Positions 43,869 to 58,049 of a stretch of DNA of 64,000 bases are shown piece by piece; the stretch's first letter is position 1; the number at the start of each line of letters is the position of its first letter. Source of the DNA: Chrysomallon squamiferum (lineage: Eukaryota > Animalia > Mollusca); contig CM022669.1 in NCBI GenBank assembly GCA_012295275.1, positions 18,352,001 through 18,416,000 of the forward strand. The letters run 5' to 3'. Made by a program: the position numbers and the translations under genes. The notes under the pieces are model-generated. The model was not told where the DNA came from and did not search any database. It saw only the letters and a program-made list of their open reading frames with translations.

Positions 43869-45733
43869 CCCACCTAAACGAAATAAACGACAGCAAATCT
43901 TTCGTCAATTTAAACAAATGTAGGTCAAAAAACAGCCCATACAAAACGAGGATAAAAAGACAACCTGGTTGCAATTTTTTTTTCTTCTATTTTTTTTTTT
44001 TTTTTTTCTCTTCGTAAATTACGAAACTTAAGATCATATTTCCTTAATGATAAACACAGCCGAAAAGTCGACCTTAAAACAAAAGTCACAATCACGGTGT
44101 ACATTTCAAGGGATGGATAGGAAGGGGGGGGGAGGAAAAAAAAAAAACTGTCGTCGTCGGGACAAAGTTCGAATCGTCAGCACAAAGTGAGAGCAGACCT
44201 AACCTGATGTCTTGAAGGTCTCAAGGTCACCTTTAGTGTTATCAAATGAAACACAATAGGTTAAATTGGACACTTGTGAATTATGCTGCTAGGGCGGAGC
44301 GACAGCAGGGAGGATTGGGAGGTGGTGGGGGGAGGTTCGGGGGTTGAGGGCGTACTTTAGTCTGACTTAACATTTTGTTGCGTTTTCTTTTTAATTTGAT
44401 TTTTTGTTGTTGTTGTTTTTTTTTTTTTTGTTTTTTTTCGCATCCTTATCATCTACGCCTGTGATGTTTCTTTGTCTTTCTCTCCCCCCCCCCCCCCCCC
44501 TGCCTCAAACACAGCCACATTTACACAGCATAAACCACCCACAACAAAACCAAAAAAAAAAAAAAAAAAAAAATATTTTTCGCACAATTAGTTCTTTTCA
44601 TTAAGAAAAATACAAATTTAAATAACATTTATACCGAATTTCACGAATGAATTACTTGTTCCTTTTTGCAGTTTTCACAAACCAGTGAAAACAGACGGCG
44701 CGGATTAATCGGCATAACCAAACTTAATAAGTACGAAAGAGGAACAATATGGGCTCGACCGTTAATCACCCAACATCACAGCGTACTTAAAATACTTTTA
44801 TGTAATTTCATCGTACACTAAACACAATGTACACACGCAGAGACACTACCTTCATAGCCAGACGAGGAGATATGCAGAAAGGCAGATAAAAATGTTCATA
44901 CATATGCAAAATATTAATGTAAATATAACAATTAAATTAATTCTTCTTTCTTTTTTTTTTCTTTTTTTTCCACACTTTTACAAATCTGTACTACTTATTT
45001 AAAATTAATCCTTGCAAAACTAATAATAATTATTTTCACAGAGATTTTAACATTTGATGTAAATAATGCAAGTAAGAGTTATCATATTACACTGGATGTA
45101 TGAGGTTCAAAAAATTAAATAAATAAATAAATAAATTGATAAAAATAATAAATACTGATGTATTCATATTAATTACATGTGATTGTATTTAATACATGTG
45201 AACTTAATTTACGATGCAGAGATTTCAAGTTATTTTAATAGTCGTGAAAAGAAAGAAAGAAAGAAAAAAACTTTTAAAATTTTACGGTTTACTCATAACC
45301 CCAGGATATTTATAAAACGAGCGCAAGACAAACAAGCTTGGATATTCAGTGACGTAAGCACGTTTTTCTTATTTTTATTTATTTTATGCACCCCTAAACC
45401 TTAACCTCATTTCCCCCCCTGCCTCATTGTGTGTTTAGAATTATATAATCATAATTTTATTACGATGTCTGTTTACTACAAAGATTTTCTGCAGTTGCAG
45501 AAATTTCTGCCAAAGAAAATAATAATAATGTTTATTTTATAACGTTTTAATTTGAGAGATGGCTTTTCTAATTAGCGTGTGTCATGCCGTGAATCTTTTC
45601 ACTAAAACGAAAGAAAAGTTTAAGAATTTTACCTCTGACAGGCGTTGAAGAAAATGATGATCGTAAAATATGACAAGAAGAGCGAGTTTATAAAAAAATA
45701 TTAAACTTTTTTTTTTTTTTTTTTAAATATATA

Positions 45734-45768
<35 letters not shown>

Positions 45769-48069
45769 ATGAAAAAAAATAATGAGAAAAAAAAAATAGT
45801 AATAATAGTGGCACTTATTAGTAGTAATTGCAGTAAACTATGGTATTATGTATATATTTATATAATACTATAGATTAAGGACTCGACGGTCTACTGAAGA
45901 ATCAGAAATCAGTTTAACATTAATTTATGCTTGCTATTTTTCACTCATGACAAACGAAAACAAAACAAAACAGTCTGCTCGGAAAGGTTAATCGTCTGCT
46001 TTGGTTTACATCACATCACCAGCAGCAGACGACAGAAAGCGAACTTGCAAGAAATTGAGTAACAGCGGCGGGACAGGGGAAAAAAATGTTCCAAGAATGC
46101 TAAATAGGCGTTCATGTCACAGGACTCCCCCACCTTCAAGTCTAACCTCCGCCAGCTTGTTTTTTTTTTGTTGGTTTTCTTTTTTAATTTTTTTATTTTA
46201 AAAATATGTGTTGGTCTAGAAAGATAAGTTGGCGGAAAATCTTGCCATGCCACGATTATTACGTATTTGGCATTTTGGGAGAACTACATCTCGACTTGAC
46301 CTTTGAAATCTGTTATCCATTACGACATAGGTCAAAAGCTTTTTGTGCCTTCTACTCTGAACAGGGTTATGTTTATCACACACCCTGCTAGAAAGATATA
46401 AAAACGATAGCTGAAGAGGTTTTTTTTTCTCTCTTTCTCTCTGCCTCTCTCTCTCGTTTTTTTTTTTTTTTTTTTTTCTTAAATTATTCATTAGCTAAAC
46501 TACCGATCTTAAAACCGTAGAAAATAGGATCGCGACCTGATACTAACTCCTAATTACAAAACTAATTACGTAGGAAAAAAAAAAAAAAAAAAAAAAAAAA
46601 ATTCTAACATACTAACATTTAATACGCTTTTTTCCTCGCTTCTCAATAATTAACCTTTTAACCTACTAACGCAAAACATTGACACTTGTTCTAATTAATC
46701 GCCCTCTTTTTTCTTTTTTTTTAACTGTCCAACACAGATAACCAAGATTCCTATGTCGTATGCCCTAGACAGGCGTGCACGAACACTCGGGGACAAAAAC
46801 GTTGTGTTTCAAACTGGGAAGCTGTACCAGATTGCCTAGTGTGTATGTTATCCTGTAAGATAGATAAGATAACTCGACTGGGTTCGCTCGCTCTTTGATT
46901 TAGTCATGCATGTTGAAATTAGAACATCTTTCCCCGTCTGCCAAAATCATGTGCTTACATACTGATGTAAGAAAGAAGTTTTTTTTTTTTTTTTTTTTTT
47001 AAAAGAGGATGTTGTGTAGATAAATTAGTTTTGTGCACGGAACTTGATACTGCTCTGTTGTGTCAATGTTGTTGTTTGTTCGGCTTTGTTTGACATATTT
47101 CTGTTTATTTATTTAGTCTAGTTTTTATTTTGTAGTCGCAGTAATAGTAGTTGTAGTAGTAGTAGTAGTAGTAATAATAATAATAGTAATGAAAATGATA
47201 ATGATGATGATGGTGATGGTGACTAATAATAATAATGATGATGATGATGATGATGATTATTATTATTATTATTATTATTATTATTGTTTTGTTGTTGTTA
47301 ATCTATTACAAATCTTGTTTCCTTGTGTAATTAATTTAATTTAATTTAATTTTCATTAATATATTAATTAATTAATTTATTTATTTTCTATTTATTTTAC
47401 TGAAACTTGTTTTGTTTTTGACATATTTACTTCATTTTGTAGTTCTTACACTTTTTATCATTTAGTTATTTTATTTCATTCATTTATTTTATTTTTTTAT
47501 TTAGCTTATTATATTTACTTTACAGTTTTTTTTTTTCTCATTGTTATTGTATTTTTAATTATTATTGTCTTCATCATGTTTACTTTACTACTATTATTTT
47601 TTTTTTTTTTATTCAATAATCCTTATTTTAGTTCACGTTACTTTACTTATATTTCAATACTATATATATATATCTGACTTCATCTTTCTTAACCTCAACA
47701 TATTTTATATTTCACCGTGTTTGTTTTACATCAAAATATATCAAAACCCATTTACGTAAGAAATAAAAAAAATCACAATTAAATCTTTACCGTCTGATGG
47801 CTATTTCTGGCCACGTAAGACCTCACTCGAGATATTTCCAGACAAAAAATTAATCAAGCATTCTAAGAAAATCGATCTTTGACAATTTGTTTCTTCGAAA
47901 ATTTGAATCCTATAGACTTGCACTGTATATTAATTTCTTTCAAAAAACTATGTGGCTTATAATTAATTACTGTTAAATCTTGGGAGTAAAAAAAAAAAAA
48001 AAATAAAAATAAAAATGAAAAATAAAAAAGTTAAAAGACTTAAAATTCCTCTACAAGTGCAGATGTTCA

Positions 48070-48125
48070 CAGATTAAAGTATTGGCCTTTGAACCGAGAT
48101 GTTCTCGGATCAAAACCTGACTGTG
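48070..48125 (+). mobile_element. Possible decayed tRNA-derived SINE head fragment
   Basis: ttaaagtattggcctttgaaccgagatgttctcggatcaaaacctga has tRNA-like anticodon-arm and T-arm spacing with a degenerate B-box. Confidence 0.2.
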
Positions 48126-49068
48126 TTTTATAATAAGAATTAATCTGGGAAGTAAAAAAAAAAAAAAACTGTTAATTTGATCTCTGCTTTAAACTGAGAG
48201 ATGTTAATTTTTAAACTCTCTTGCGGTGAAAGATAAACTGGATTCTATGCCAGTGAAGTTGTACTTGAATATTTTTTTTTTTTTTTTTTTGTATCATTGA
48301 TATAAGCGCTTTGAATATGTTTAATTAATTAACTGAAGTACAAATTTCGACTTCAACAGAAAAATAATAATAATAATAATAATAATAATAATTTTTTTTA
48401 TAAAAAAATATTTACTGCTGAAGACATATGTATATATATATATCACCAATATATATATATATATATCACCAAAACATACACTCAGAGAGAAGCCATTTTA
48501 TATTAACATGAATTATGTGACACTGAAAAGTCATTTCGAGAAAGAAAAAAAACAACATAAGGTATGTTTAACGTATTAAGCCCATTTAAAATAATTACAA
48601 ATTTCCAGCATTTAAAATAAATACAACCTATTAATAAACTAGAGAATATTAATTTGACAGCATTGCTAGTAGTAATTAGAAAATGGAGAGAAAACAGAGA
48701 TCAGCAAATTAGAAAACACTTAGTACGTCATTCATTAACAGTTAGACTTCCTGTTTCAGCAATCATAAAACTGTTCTCTGAGATTTAACGGAACGAAAAT
48801 AAATTATTTATTAAGCATGAAAAATTACCATTATTACTGAAGTTTTGCGTAACTGTGAATGCAATTTGAGGACATTTTGCTGATTAATTTATTATTATTA
48901 TGATTATTATTATTTGACGTGATAATGACAAATAAAATAATAATAAAAAAAAAAAATAATAATAATAATAATAATAAAAACAATAATAATAATAATAAAT
49001 AATTTGTATAATTAAACTAAACACACAGTATATGTGTGTGTATGTGTAAATGTATATGTTTGTGTGTA

Positions 49069-49117
<49 letters not shown>

Positions 49118-49770
49118 CTATAGAGGCCTTATTTTAGTGGTTTTATTAATAACGAGTTAACATTAAGAATATATATTATGGTACATTCTTATAGTATAAG
49201 TAACATATATAAGTATATTTATATATCAAATATATATATTCTGCGAAATAATAATATTAATTAATTAATACTTGTAACTGAAATTTATTTTATTTTAACT
49301 TTAGTTAATTATATTGTTATTTATTAAATTTAATATTCTCTTAAAATTTATATAAAGTTTTGCTTTGTTCACTACAAATGAGCAAGAATATAATGAAATT
49401 ATAATACTCAGTATATTATTATTTTACTACAGTAATACACTTTTATCTGTAAAAAAATAAAAATCTTTTGGATTCACCAGAGAAAAAATAACAAAATAAA
49501 AACAAATAGAAATAATAATAATAATAATAAATAATAATAATAAAACAAAAATTAAATTAAAAAAATTAAACAGAGAAACAGTATACGATCAATTTTTCTT
49601 TCTCTCTTTCACTTTTTATTTTTGTATTTCTTTCTCTTTCTTCGTTTCTTCAGCTATATTCATATTTATTCACATATTTTATTTCTTTCCCTTGCCCTAC
49701 ATGATTATCAAAACATACACCAAAACCAGGAAGAAGAAGAAAAAGAAGAAAGAAAATAGAATAAAAAACA

Positions 49771-49803
<33 letters not shown>

Positions 49804-50072
49804 AAAAAAATAAAAAAATAAAAATATCTACCTCCGCTGGAATATTTGTTTTTTACGGGGACGGATCGATGACGTATTTAGTGTTTATTTGTATGAAAGG
49901 CCGATAATCTCTCCGCTGATCAATGCACGTGCATTTCGCTTTTGTCCAGCGACGCAAGACGCGCTAAAGAGTCACACTGGGATCAAAAGGTGTAACGGTT
50001 TCACGGCCCGCGCGCCCTTCCTAACAGCCTCGCTTTCATTTAGAAACACGGCAACAGGTGAGGAATGCGTGC

Positions 50073-50123
50073 ACGACGTACATCACTTTTAACTACGACG
50101 TACATCACTTTTAACTACGACGT
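50073..50123. repeat. Perfect 22-bp tandem duplication (ACGACGTACATCACTTTTAACT)x2.3
   Basis: Direct reading of 50073-50123. Confidence 0.9.
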
Positions 50124-51269
50124 GGTCCACACCCCTTTCGTGTAAAAGGTCACAGTGTAAGATTTGTTATTCGTTTTTTTTGTTGTTTGTTGTTGTTTTT
50201 TTTTCATAGCGTCTGTGTGTGATGAATAATATAAAAAGAGTTGTTGCTAATAGTATAATAATAATGATGATGCTGCTGCTGATGATGATAATAATAATGA
50301 TAATAATAATAAAAGGACATACATATATACGTATGTGTGTATGTCTGACTATGTATATTTGTTTATTTATATATATATATATATATATTAACAAATATAT
50401 ATATATATTCACACATATACATATTCACACATATATACATATCTAGTTATCAGTCTATCTAAGTATATAATTATAACCTCTTTCTGTTTACCGATGAAAC
50501 TACAGCGTTTTGAGAATTCAACAAACAAAATAAATACAAAACATAATCCATGTATTTACTATCAGTGGGCATGAAAGTTATTATAAAAAAATACTTTGTT
50601 GGTAAAATGTTTGGGAAAAACGTCGTCAAGACATTTTTAACTGAGTTCATTAAGATAATTATACAGAATATATATATATATATATATAAAATAATAATAA
50701 TAATAAACCATTAATATTAAAACACGTATACCGAATTAATATTAATTATTCCACAGTTTGACCAAAAATAAAATTAACCCTCAACGAAGGACTGAATTAA
50801 TTAATGAATTTTTTTAATGGTTTTAACGATACAACACATTTTGTTTTACTCAACAGTTGCGATGTGTCATTCATGTGATATTTTTGTGTTTTCTGTTTTT
50901 TGTAATAACAGATTCTGTCAGTAAATCTTACTCATTACAGATGTGAGGGATTGTTTCATACGCATACGCGCACATGCAGTCATACGAACATACACACACA
51001 CACACACACCTATGTATGAATGTATGTAGGTATGTATGCATATGAGTAGTATGTGTGCATGTGTATCTATATATGTACGTCTTCATCCATCTATTTATGC
51101 ATATATATATATATACACACACATAAACAAACATACAGACACACACATACACAGATAAAATATATATATGTGTACGATTGTGTCTGTCTGTCTGTCTGTC
51201 TGTGTGTGTGCAGTTATATATGTCCATGAGTATAAATATATTTACATCCAAGTAAACCGTGAAATGTGA

Positions 51270-51325
51270 CAAAGGGCGTTCCTAGAGGGATTGATCCTGC
51301 GACCTACAGCAGCTTATGGCGATTT
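51270..51325 (-). mobile_element. Possible decayed tRNA-derived SINE head fragment
   Basis: Minus strand ...gctgtaggtcgcaggatcaatccctc... resembles a tRNA variable/T-arm B-box (ggtcgcaggttcgatccc); no full cloverleaf. Confidence 0.25.
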
Positions 51326-51827
51326 TCATGAGTGAAAAAGCTGAGATCGATTTTCAGATAAAGGTGACAGCAACAACATGTATCAAAACCGAGCCGAGCT
51401 ATTTGAAGAGGGAATTTCTAACAAGAACGAAATAATGCCGAGTGGTCACAAATTAAGTCTAATATCCTTCCCTCTTTAAGGCTTAAATATTTACGTTAGT
51501 CGCCGCCCAATTCACAGAGTCACAGAGACAAGAAATGAATCCTCAACTGGGCAAGTCCTCTTTGCTTCAGTGGACGGACACCTAATTTTCGTGTCAAGAA
51601 ATTTGAAACTTTTGAACAAAACCAGCCCGATATTGAAAATTACGAAAGAAAGGGACGTGTGTGATGATTAAAGAAGAAGAAGAAGAAGAAGAAGAAGAAG
51701 AAGAAGAAAAAGAAGAAGAAAAAAAGAAAAAGAAGAAGAAGAAGAAGAAACTAAAGCGAACGAAGAAGAAAAAAGGATAAAAACAGCTGTAGAAAGGAAA
51801 AAGTGTGAGGAGGGAAGAGAGAGAGAG

Positions 51828-51899
<72 letters not shown>

Positions 51900-52970
51900 A
51901 AAAGAAAAAAAAAAAAGAAGAAGAAAAAAACAAACAAGGCGATAGAGAAATGGAAAGACAATAATTTTCATCACATATGTAATTGTTTTCTTTCTGAACA
52001 TTTTTATTATTGTTGTTCCCTAGATCACGACCGTTGACTTGGAAATGTTTGTTTTTTTTTCCCCGCTATCAGTTTCAAGAAGTCTGGCAAACTGTCATGA
52101 TCTCGAGCAGAACACGCAGTCGTGAGGCGCTTCTCCGCGAAAAGGTGCCAAACATCTGATGTCACGAACCGAAAACACCGTGAGCTCGAAATTTTTGACC
52201 AGATGAATGTAAAATGTCCCCTCTGTCAATGAAAGCGACGAGGGAACTGGAGGGCGCGCGGGTCTGTCACACCTTTTGACGCGCCATTTTTCCCTCGACC
52301 GTATTTTAAAGACCCGCGAAAGACCACGAGCCGTTTCGCGCGGCATGTTCGGCAGTTTGTTCGCTCTGTTCTGTAAATTATTTCCCAAAGCATCGGTTTG
52401 ACGAAGTTCAACAAAGACGCCGTTCATTTGTTAGAAGAGGCTTAAATATTGCTTGTTTAGTCGACTGAGACAACACGAGCTTTTCAGAAAATGTGTTGAT
52501 TTTCAAAAGAAGATTTTTTTTTTTTTTTTTTTTTTGTTTCCCGGTTTTCATGGATTTTTTGTTTTTTAAATTTGAAAAAAAAAAATAAAAAATAAAAAAT
52601 AAAAAAATAAAAATAATAAAAAAAGGATGCAGGTTTTCTTCTATTTTTCCTTTTTTCGAATTTCTTTTTTTTTTCTTTCTTTCTTTCTTCTTATTTTTAG
52701 TTTATGTAGTTTGATTTTTATTCTTTGGATATTTTGATTGATAATTTTTAAATTTTTATTTATTATCAATTTTTGATTTTTTTAAAAAAAAGATAGAATT
52801 TAAAACCAAATGTGACAGGTATATATAGTTTTATTCATAAAATATTATTCAAAATTCAGATAAGATTTCTATTATTTATTTTAATTTATCATGTATATGC
52901 ATTCATACACATGCTTTATTATTATTATTTAATTTATTATTATTATTATTATTACTATTACTATTATTAC

Positions 52971-53027
<57 letters not shown>

Positions 53028-54643
53028 CTGTTTAGAAATATATATGTCAATAAAAATCAAGAATCATACATTTGTTCTTCCTATAGTTAAAACAAATTTA
53101 TGGCTTATGTTATGAATATATCCGGAATTAATCATCATTTTACAAAATATTTTCTGAATAAAAAAAGAAATAAATTAAACGAATCAGTACAATTTAAAAT
53201 TACCTTTCTATTTAAATTAATTGTGTTTGTATGTGTATTGTGATAATTGTAAATTTTTCGCAGAACAGAAAAAGATAAAAATCTTATATTAATATTGATA
53301 TTTTTTGCTTGTTTTGATATATATATATATATAAATTAGTATGATCTGTTTTAACATACATAAAAAAATTAACAAGAAGATTTTTGTCATAATATAGTAT
53401 TATTTAATAATAGTATTATATTATGACAACAATCTACTTGTTAATTTTTATGTATGTATATATTTAATAATAGTAATAATTTGATTATGATGATGATGAT
53501 ATGATAATAATAATAATAATAATAATAACAACAACAACAACAACAACAACAATAACCATCAACATCAGCATCATCAGCAGCATCATCAAGAGGAATATTT
53601 CCAAGCAAACTAACTAGAACAAGAATATTACATCCTCTGATATCACTCCAGAAATAAAATAATTATTTTAACGTTACGAAATCGTTCATATTTCACGTCT
53701 CCATTTCGACATTTATTTTATTTCTGGGGCCGGGGAGGCATTGCCCGAGCTCGTTCAGGTAACGTCTGCAATATTTGTGTGGTTGTGTGACAAATGTAAT
53801 AAAAGAATGCTAATTATCAGTTACTGTTTCTATATGAGCAACCACAAATGCATAATGCAAATAATCAGCGAACTGTAAACGTCACGGTTTGCTGAAACCG
53901 TTGTCCTGTATTGAGTATGGAAATTAAATGAAAACAGAGAGAGAGATTTTTTTTTTTTAATAATAAAAAAGAGAGAGAGAAAAAATAAGGATAAAATAAA
54001 AACGGGAGAAAAAAGTATATAAAAAAATAAAATTAAAAGTGAAAAAACTATTTTGTTTTTTTTTTTAAATAAAGAAAGAAAAGCATAAAAATGAAAAACA
54101 AATGGATGAAGATGATAATAATAATAATAATAATAATATTCCTTTTAAAAAAAAAAAAAAAAAAATCTTAAATAAAAAAAAAAGTTAAAAAAAAAAAAAT
54201 AGGGATGAAATAACATTAATGGAGACGTTTTCATTAATAATAAATCACCATAACATTTGTCAATTTCTTTTCACGTCGTGTGTTGTTGTATTTCATTGGC
54301 GTGGCCCGGCTCGGCTAACTGGTTTGTGTCTTTTTCAAAGAAATGAAATTCACCTCTTTTCTACTTGCTCCGTGTTACATTTCGCTCGGTCCCGGCGGCG
54401 GCGGTTGACGAAGCCACGAACGCGAGACCGAAGTCGTTTCGGAAGCGTTCGACCGCAACCGGCAATTACAAATCAAACGCGGCTGAAAGAAATACCGCTG
54501 TTGTACCGGGAGCCGGCGTAATTTCTGTCCGTTTCGATTGACATTTAAAAGCAATTGACAGCGCATTTGTTTTCTTGTACAAAACAAACGATTGGGCATC
54601 TTCTTTTCTGAATTATTTAACCGATGGGGAAGAAACAAGAAAG

Positions 54644-54697
<54 letters not shown>

Positions 54698-55138
54698 AAC
54701 AAATATAAAAATTAAAATTAAAATAATAATTTAAAAATGGCATAAATAACGGAATAATTGATTTTTATTTTTATTTTTATTTTATTTTTTTTTTTGGATG
54801 TAGGGGCGAGGTATATAAAAAATAAAATAGAAATAAAACAAAAAGAAAGAAAACTATGGTAATACAAGAAAACAGAGAATAAAGGGAAAAAAAGTTGAAA
54901 TATTCTAATAATTTCTCGTTTCAAATGAACGTGTCTGTTTAAATTAACGTACACACATACAACAGTGACAACCTCTGTGTTTTCAATATATTATTATTTT
55001 TTTTTAAACAAGAACTGACAAATTATTATGTTTGTAATCCTTGACACAGCTAATGTCTTTTTAATTTACGTTTCTTTATTGCAAATTCTGTGAATTATAA
55101 TGTGTTTATAATTAGTCTAATTTAAATAATAATAATAA

Positions 55139-55169
<31 letters not shown>

Positions 55170-55969
55170 AAGAAGAAGAAGAAGAAGAAAGATAATGATA
55201 TTGACAGTGATAATGATGATAAAAATGATGGTGAAAAAAGAAAAAAATTGTTATTTTAAGATTTTCACATAATAAAGATTTTTAGAGGAAAAAAAAAAGT
55301 TGGATTTACTTTTTATTCTTTCTGAAGTATTAATTCCCTTTAAATAATAGATGATATTTATATACTTAAATTTTATTTTATTTTGACAAAAAAAGTCGTA
55401 ATGATATATCACAAATTTATATTTCACGATTATTATCTCGGATTTAAAAGATATAGGTTATCGCCAGCTTGTAGTGTATTAAAATAAAAATATTGTTATA
55501 TAAAAAGGAAATAAAAATATTGCTTTAAGATTACGTAATGATAACGTAAATATGTTTTAAAAAATCGTGTTAGTTAAAAAAAAAATGGCTTATAACAAAT
55601 CACAAAATTCTAAATGTTTATTTATCTGATCGTTTGATTTTCTTTTTTCTTTTTTCATTTATTTATTTATTTATTTATTTATTTATTTGTTTGAAAAATT
55701 AATTTTATCCTAAACCCATGAAAAGATATATATATATGTATGTATGACTGTGTATGTATATAAATTGGTAATTAAACAATAATAACGTTTTGTGAGGATG
55801 AACGAATACTATACATTATTTTTGTATAATAAATATTTGTACCTGTCCACACATACCCAAACAAATACATTCGTACAGTCATATATACATGCTTTTATAT
55901 ATATTAAAATAATTTAATTATAATTAATTGACTTATACACTAAAATAAATAAATAGAGTGTAGACTTAC

Positions 55970-56497
55970 CAGAACTGAAAAGAACAATAGCTTTCAAACA
56001 ACTGTACTCAGCCGAATCCACGTGGAGCTGTTTCAGTTTCTCAACCTGCTCCTGAAATATCCTAATGTGATCCATGAACGCCACCACCCTTTCCGCCGCC
56101 ATCGGGCTGGCGTGGAGCCCAGCGGCTGCCAGCAGGGGCGCCACATGGAGGGGCATGGAGCACTGGGCGGCGTTCAAGACAAACAGTTCGCTCCACGCCA
56201 GGCGCAACAGCGCCACCTGGTCAGTAACTTGGAGATCGGGGAAAAAAGGTATGTTTCGAGACCACTCCACGGCACTGAAGAGCAGCCTAGCAGCCAGCTC
56301 GCAAATGTTTTCTATTCCCATGATGTTGTTCGGCTGCATGCACTGTCCGTAGCGAGACGTGGGGTAGGGCTCGGCCCTGAGGAGCATGGAAATGAAGCTC
56401 GATAAGTAGGTGTGGCCGTTCAGGGGGTCTCCGTTGGGAAACGCCATTTGCCCGGGGAACGGGTGCTGCGTTGGCGGGATTCGACCGCGCTGGACAG
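55970..56497 (-). CDS. COUP-TF: COUP-TF coding exon 2: hinge and N-terminal ligand-binding domain
   Basis: Acceptor is a pyrimidine tract ending ctacag|CT GTC CAG, which restores E-A-V-Q-R-G-R. Encodes [13 protein letters not shown]...[49 protein letters not shown]...[13 protein letters not shown]. Donor G|gtaagt at 55969. Length 528 nt, phase 1 to phase 1. Confidence 0.97.
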
Positions 56498-56729
56498 CTG
56501 TAGGAGGAGACGGGAGAGAAAGAAAGAAAGAAATACTTCAGTTTCGGTTTATTTATTTATTTATTTATTTATTTATTTTTTTAAAAAACAAAATATTTAG
56601 ATATTAAGACTGCTGGTGTCTGTGTATAAATGTGTGGGACTGTGTGTGTGTGTGTGTGTATACAAGTATGTGAATGTACTAAATACAATTTTCTCATGTT
56701 TTTAACAATTTCATCTTCGAGATATATAA

Positions 56730-56814
<85 letters not shown>

Positions 56815-57958
56815 TATGAAGAGGTTTTTCTGGAGGGGTTAATCTATAAGTAGTGTGCGAAAATATACAGAATTTATGGGAACAAAATTAAATATAAAAT
56901 TCACGCTTGATTGCTCCCATTAAAGAAAAAAAAAAGAGAAAATAAATAAAATATTTCTATATTAAATATAATAATGTTTTGGTTACTTGTTAATAATAAT
57001 AATATATATTGGTTCAAAACACCAACACACACATATAACAATATGTTTATATATCTATATCTATAATCTATATATATATATGTATGAAAATATGTAATAT
57101 GTATGTATGTTTATATATGTGCGTGTGTATTTATATCTGTATTTTTGATCATCAGTATTAAAAGAATAAACAATTTTATATAAACAAATATTCTACCTAA
57201 ACATTTCTATATCAACAAATAATCACCGTACTCCTATTTTATATAAAGATGCAGAATCTAACACTTGAAGGTAAATAAACTAGTTCATCAGATATATAAT
57301 TTAGCTTACAGATTATGATAGTAGCTATGAAAGACTCATTTTTATTCATATATTTTTATGATGCGCAAATTACGTAGATAGATTTGTATTATCAAAATTT
57401 AATGACGATACAAGGTTTGCATTTTGGAGAAAAAGATTTCTTAATAAATAAATCAATCAATATTAATATCTTTCTCTCTCTCTATTTTTCTTCTTTTTGT
57501 TTTTACGTGGTTTTTTTCCTAATTTTAATTCAGTCCTTTATTTTTATTTTATTTTATTTTATTATATTTTATTTTATTTTTATTTTTATTTTCATTTCAT
57601 TGTATTTATTTTTATTTTATTTTATTTTTTATTTTTTTTTTTTTATATACAGAGTATATTTTTATCTCAGCTGAGTATCAAAAATCACGACTTCTTTGTT
57701 TTAACCTTCCTTCTTTCTTTTGCTATATTTTCAGTGCAGGTGTGGGTTAATGTGAGAGAGACGAGGGAAATACACCCAGGTGGATGATCTCCTGTTTCTG
57801 AAACAATAAATGTTTCTGTTTTCAAACAGCTCTCCTTAGCGATCACAACAGAAAGACGCGAAGGAAGGGAAATGGAGACATGCAGAAACACAGAGAGCGA
57901 TTCATGAAGAGAGAATCAGAGAGAAAAAAGAGAACCACACACACGCACGCACACACAG

Positions 57959-58049
<91 letters not shown>

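Noticed and set aside
56022-56405. 127-aa and 92-aa plus-strand ORFs
   Set aside because: Antisense shadows of exon 2.
57776-57800. Possible micro-exon in intron 1 (tttcag|AAACAGGAGATCATCCACCTGG|gtgtat on the minus strand)
   Set aside because: Candidate lengths of 22, 16 or 13 nt break the frame, and the donor is weak.
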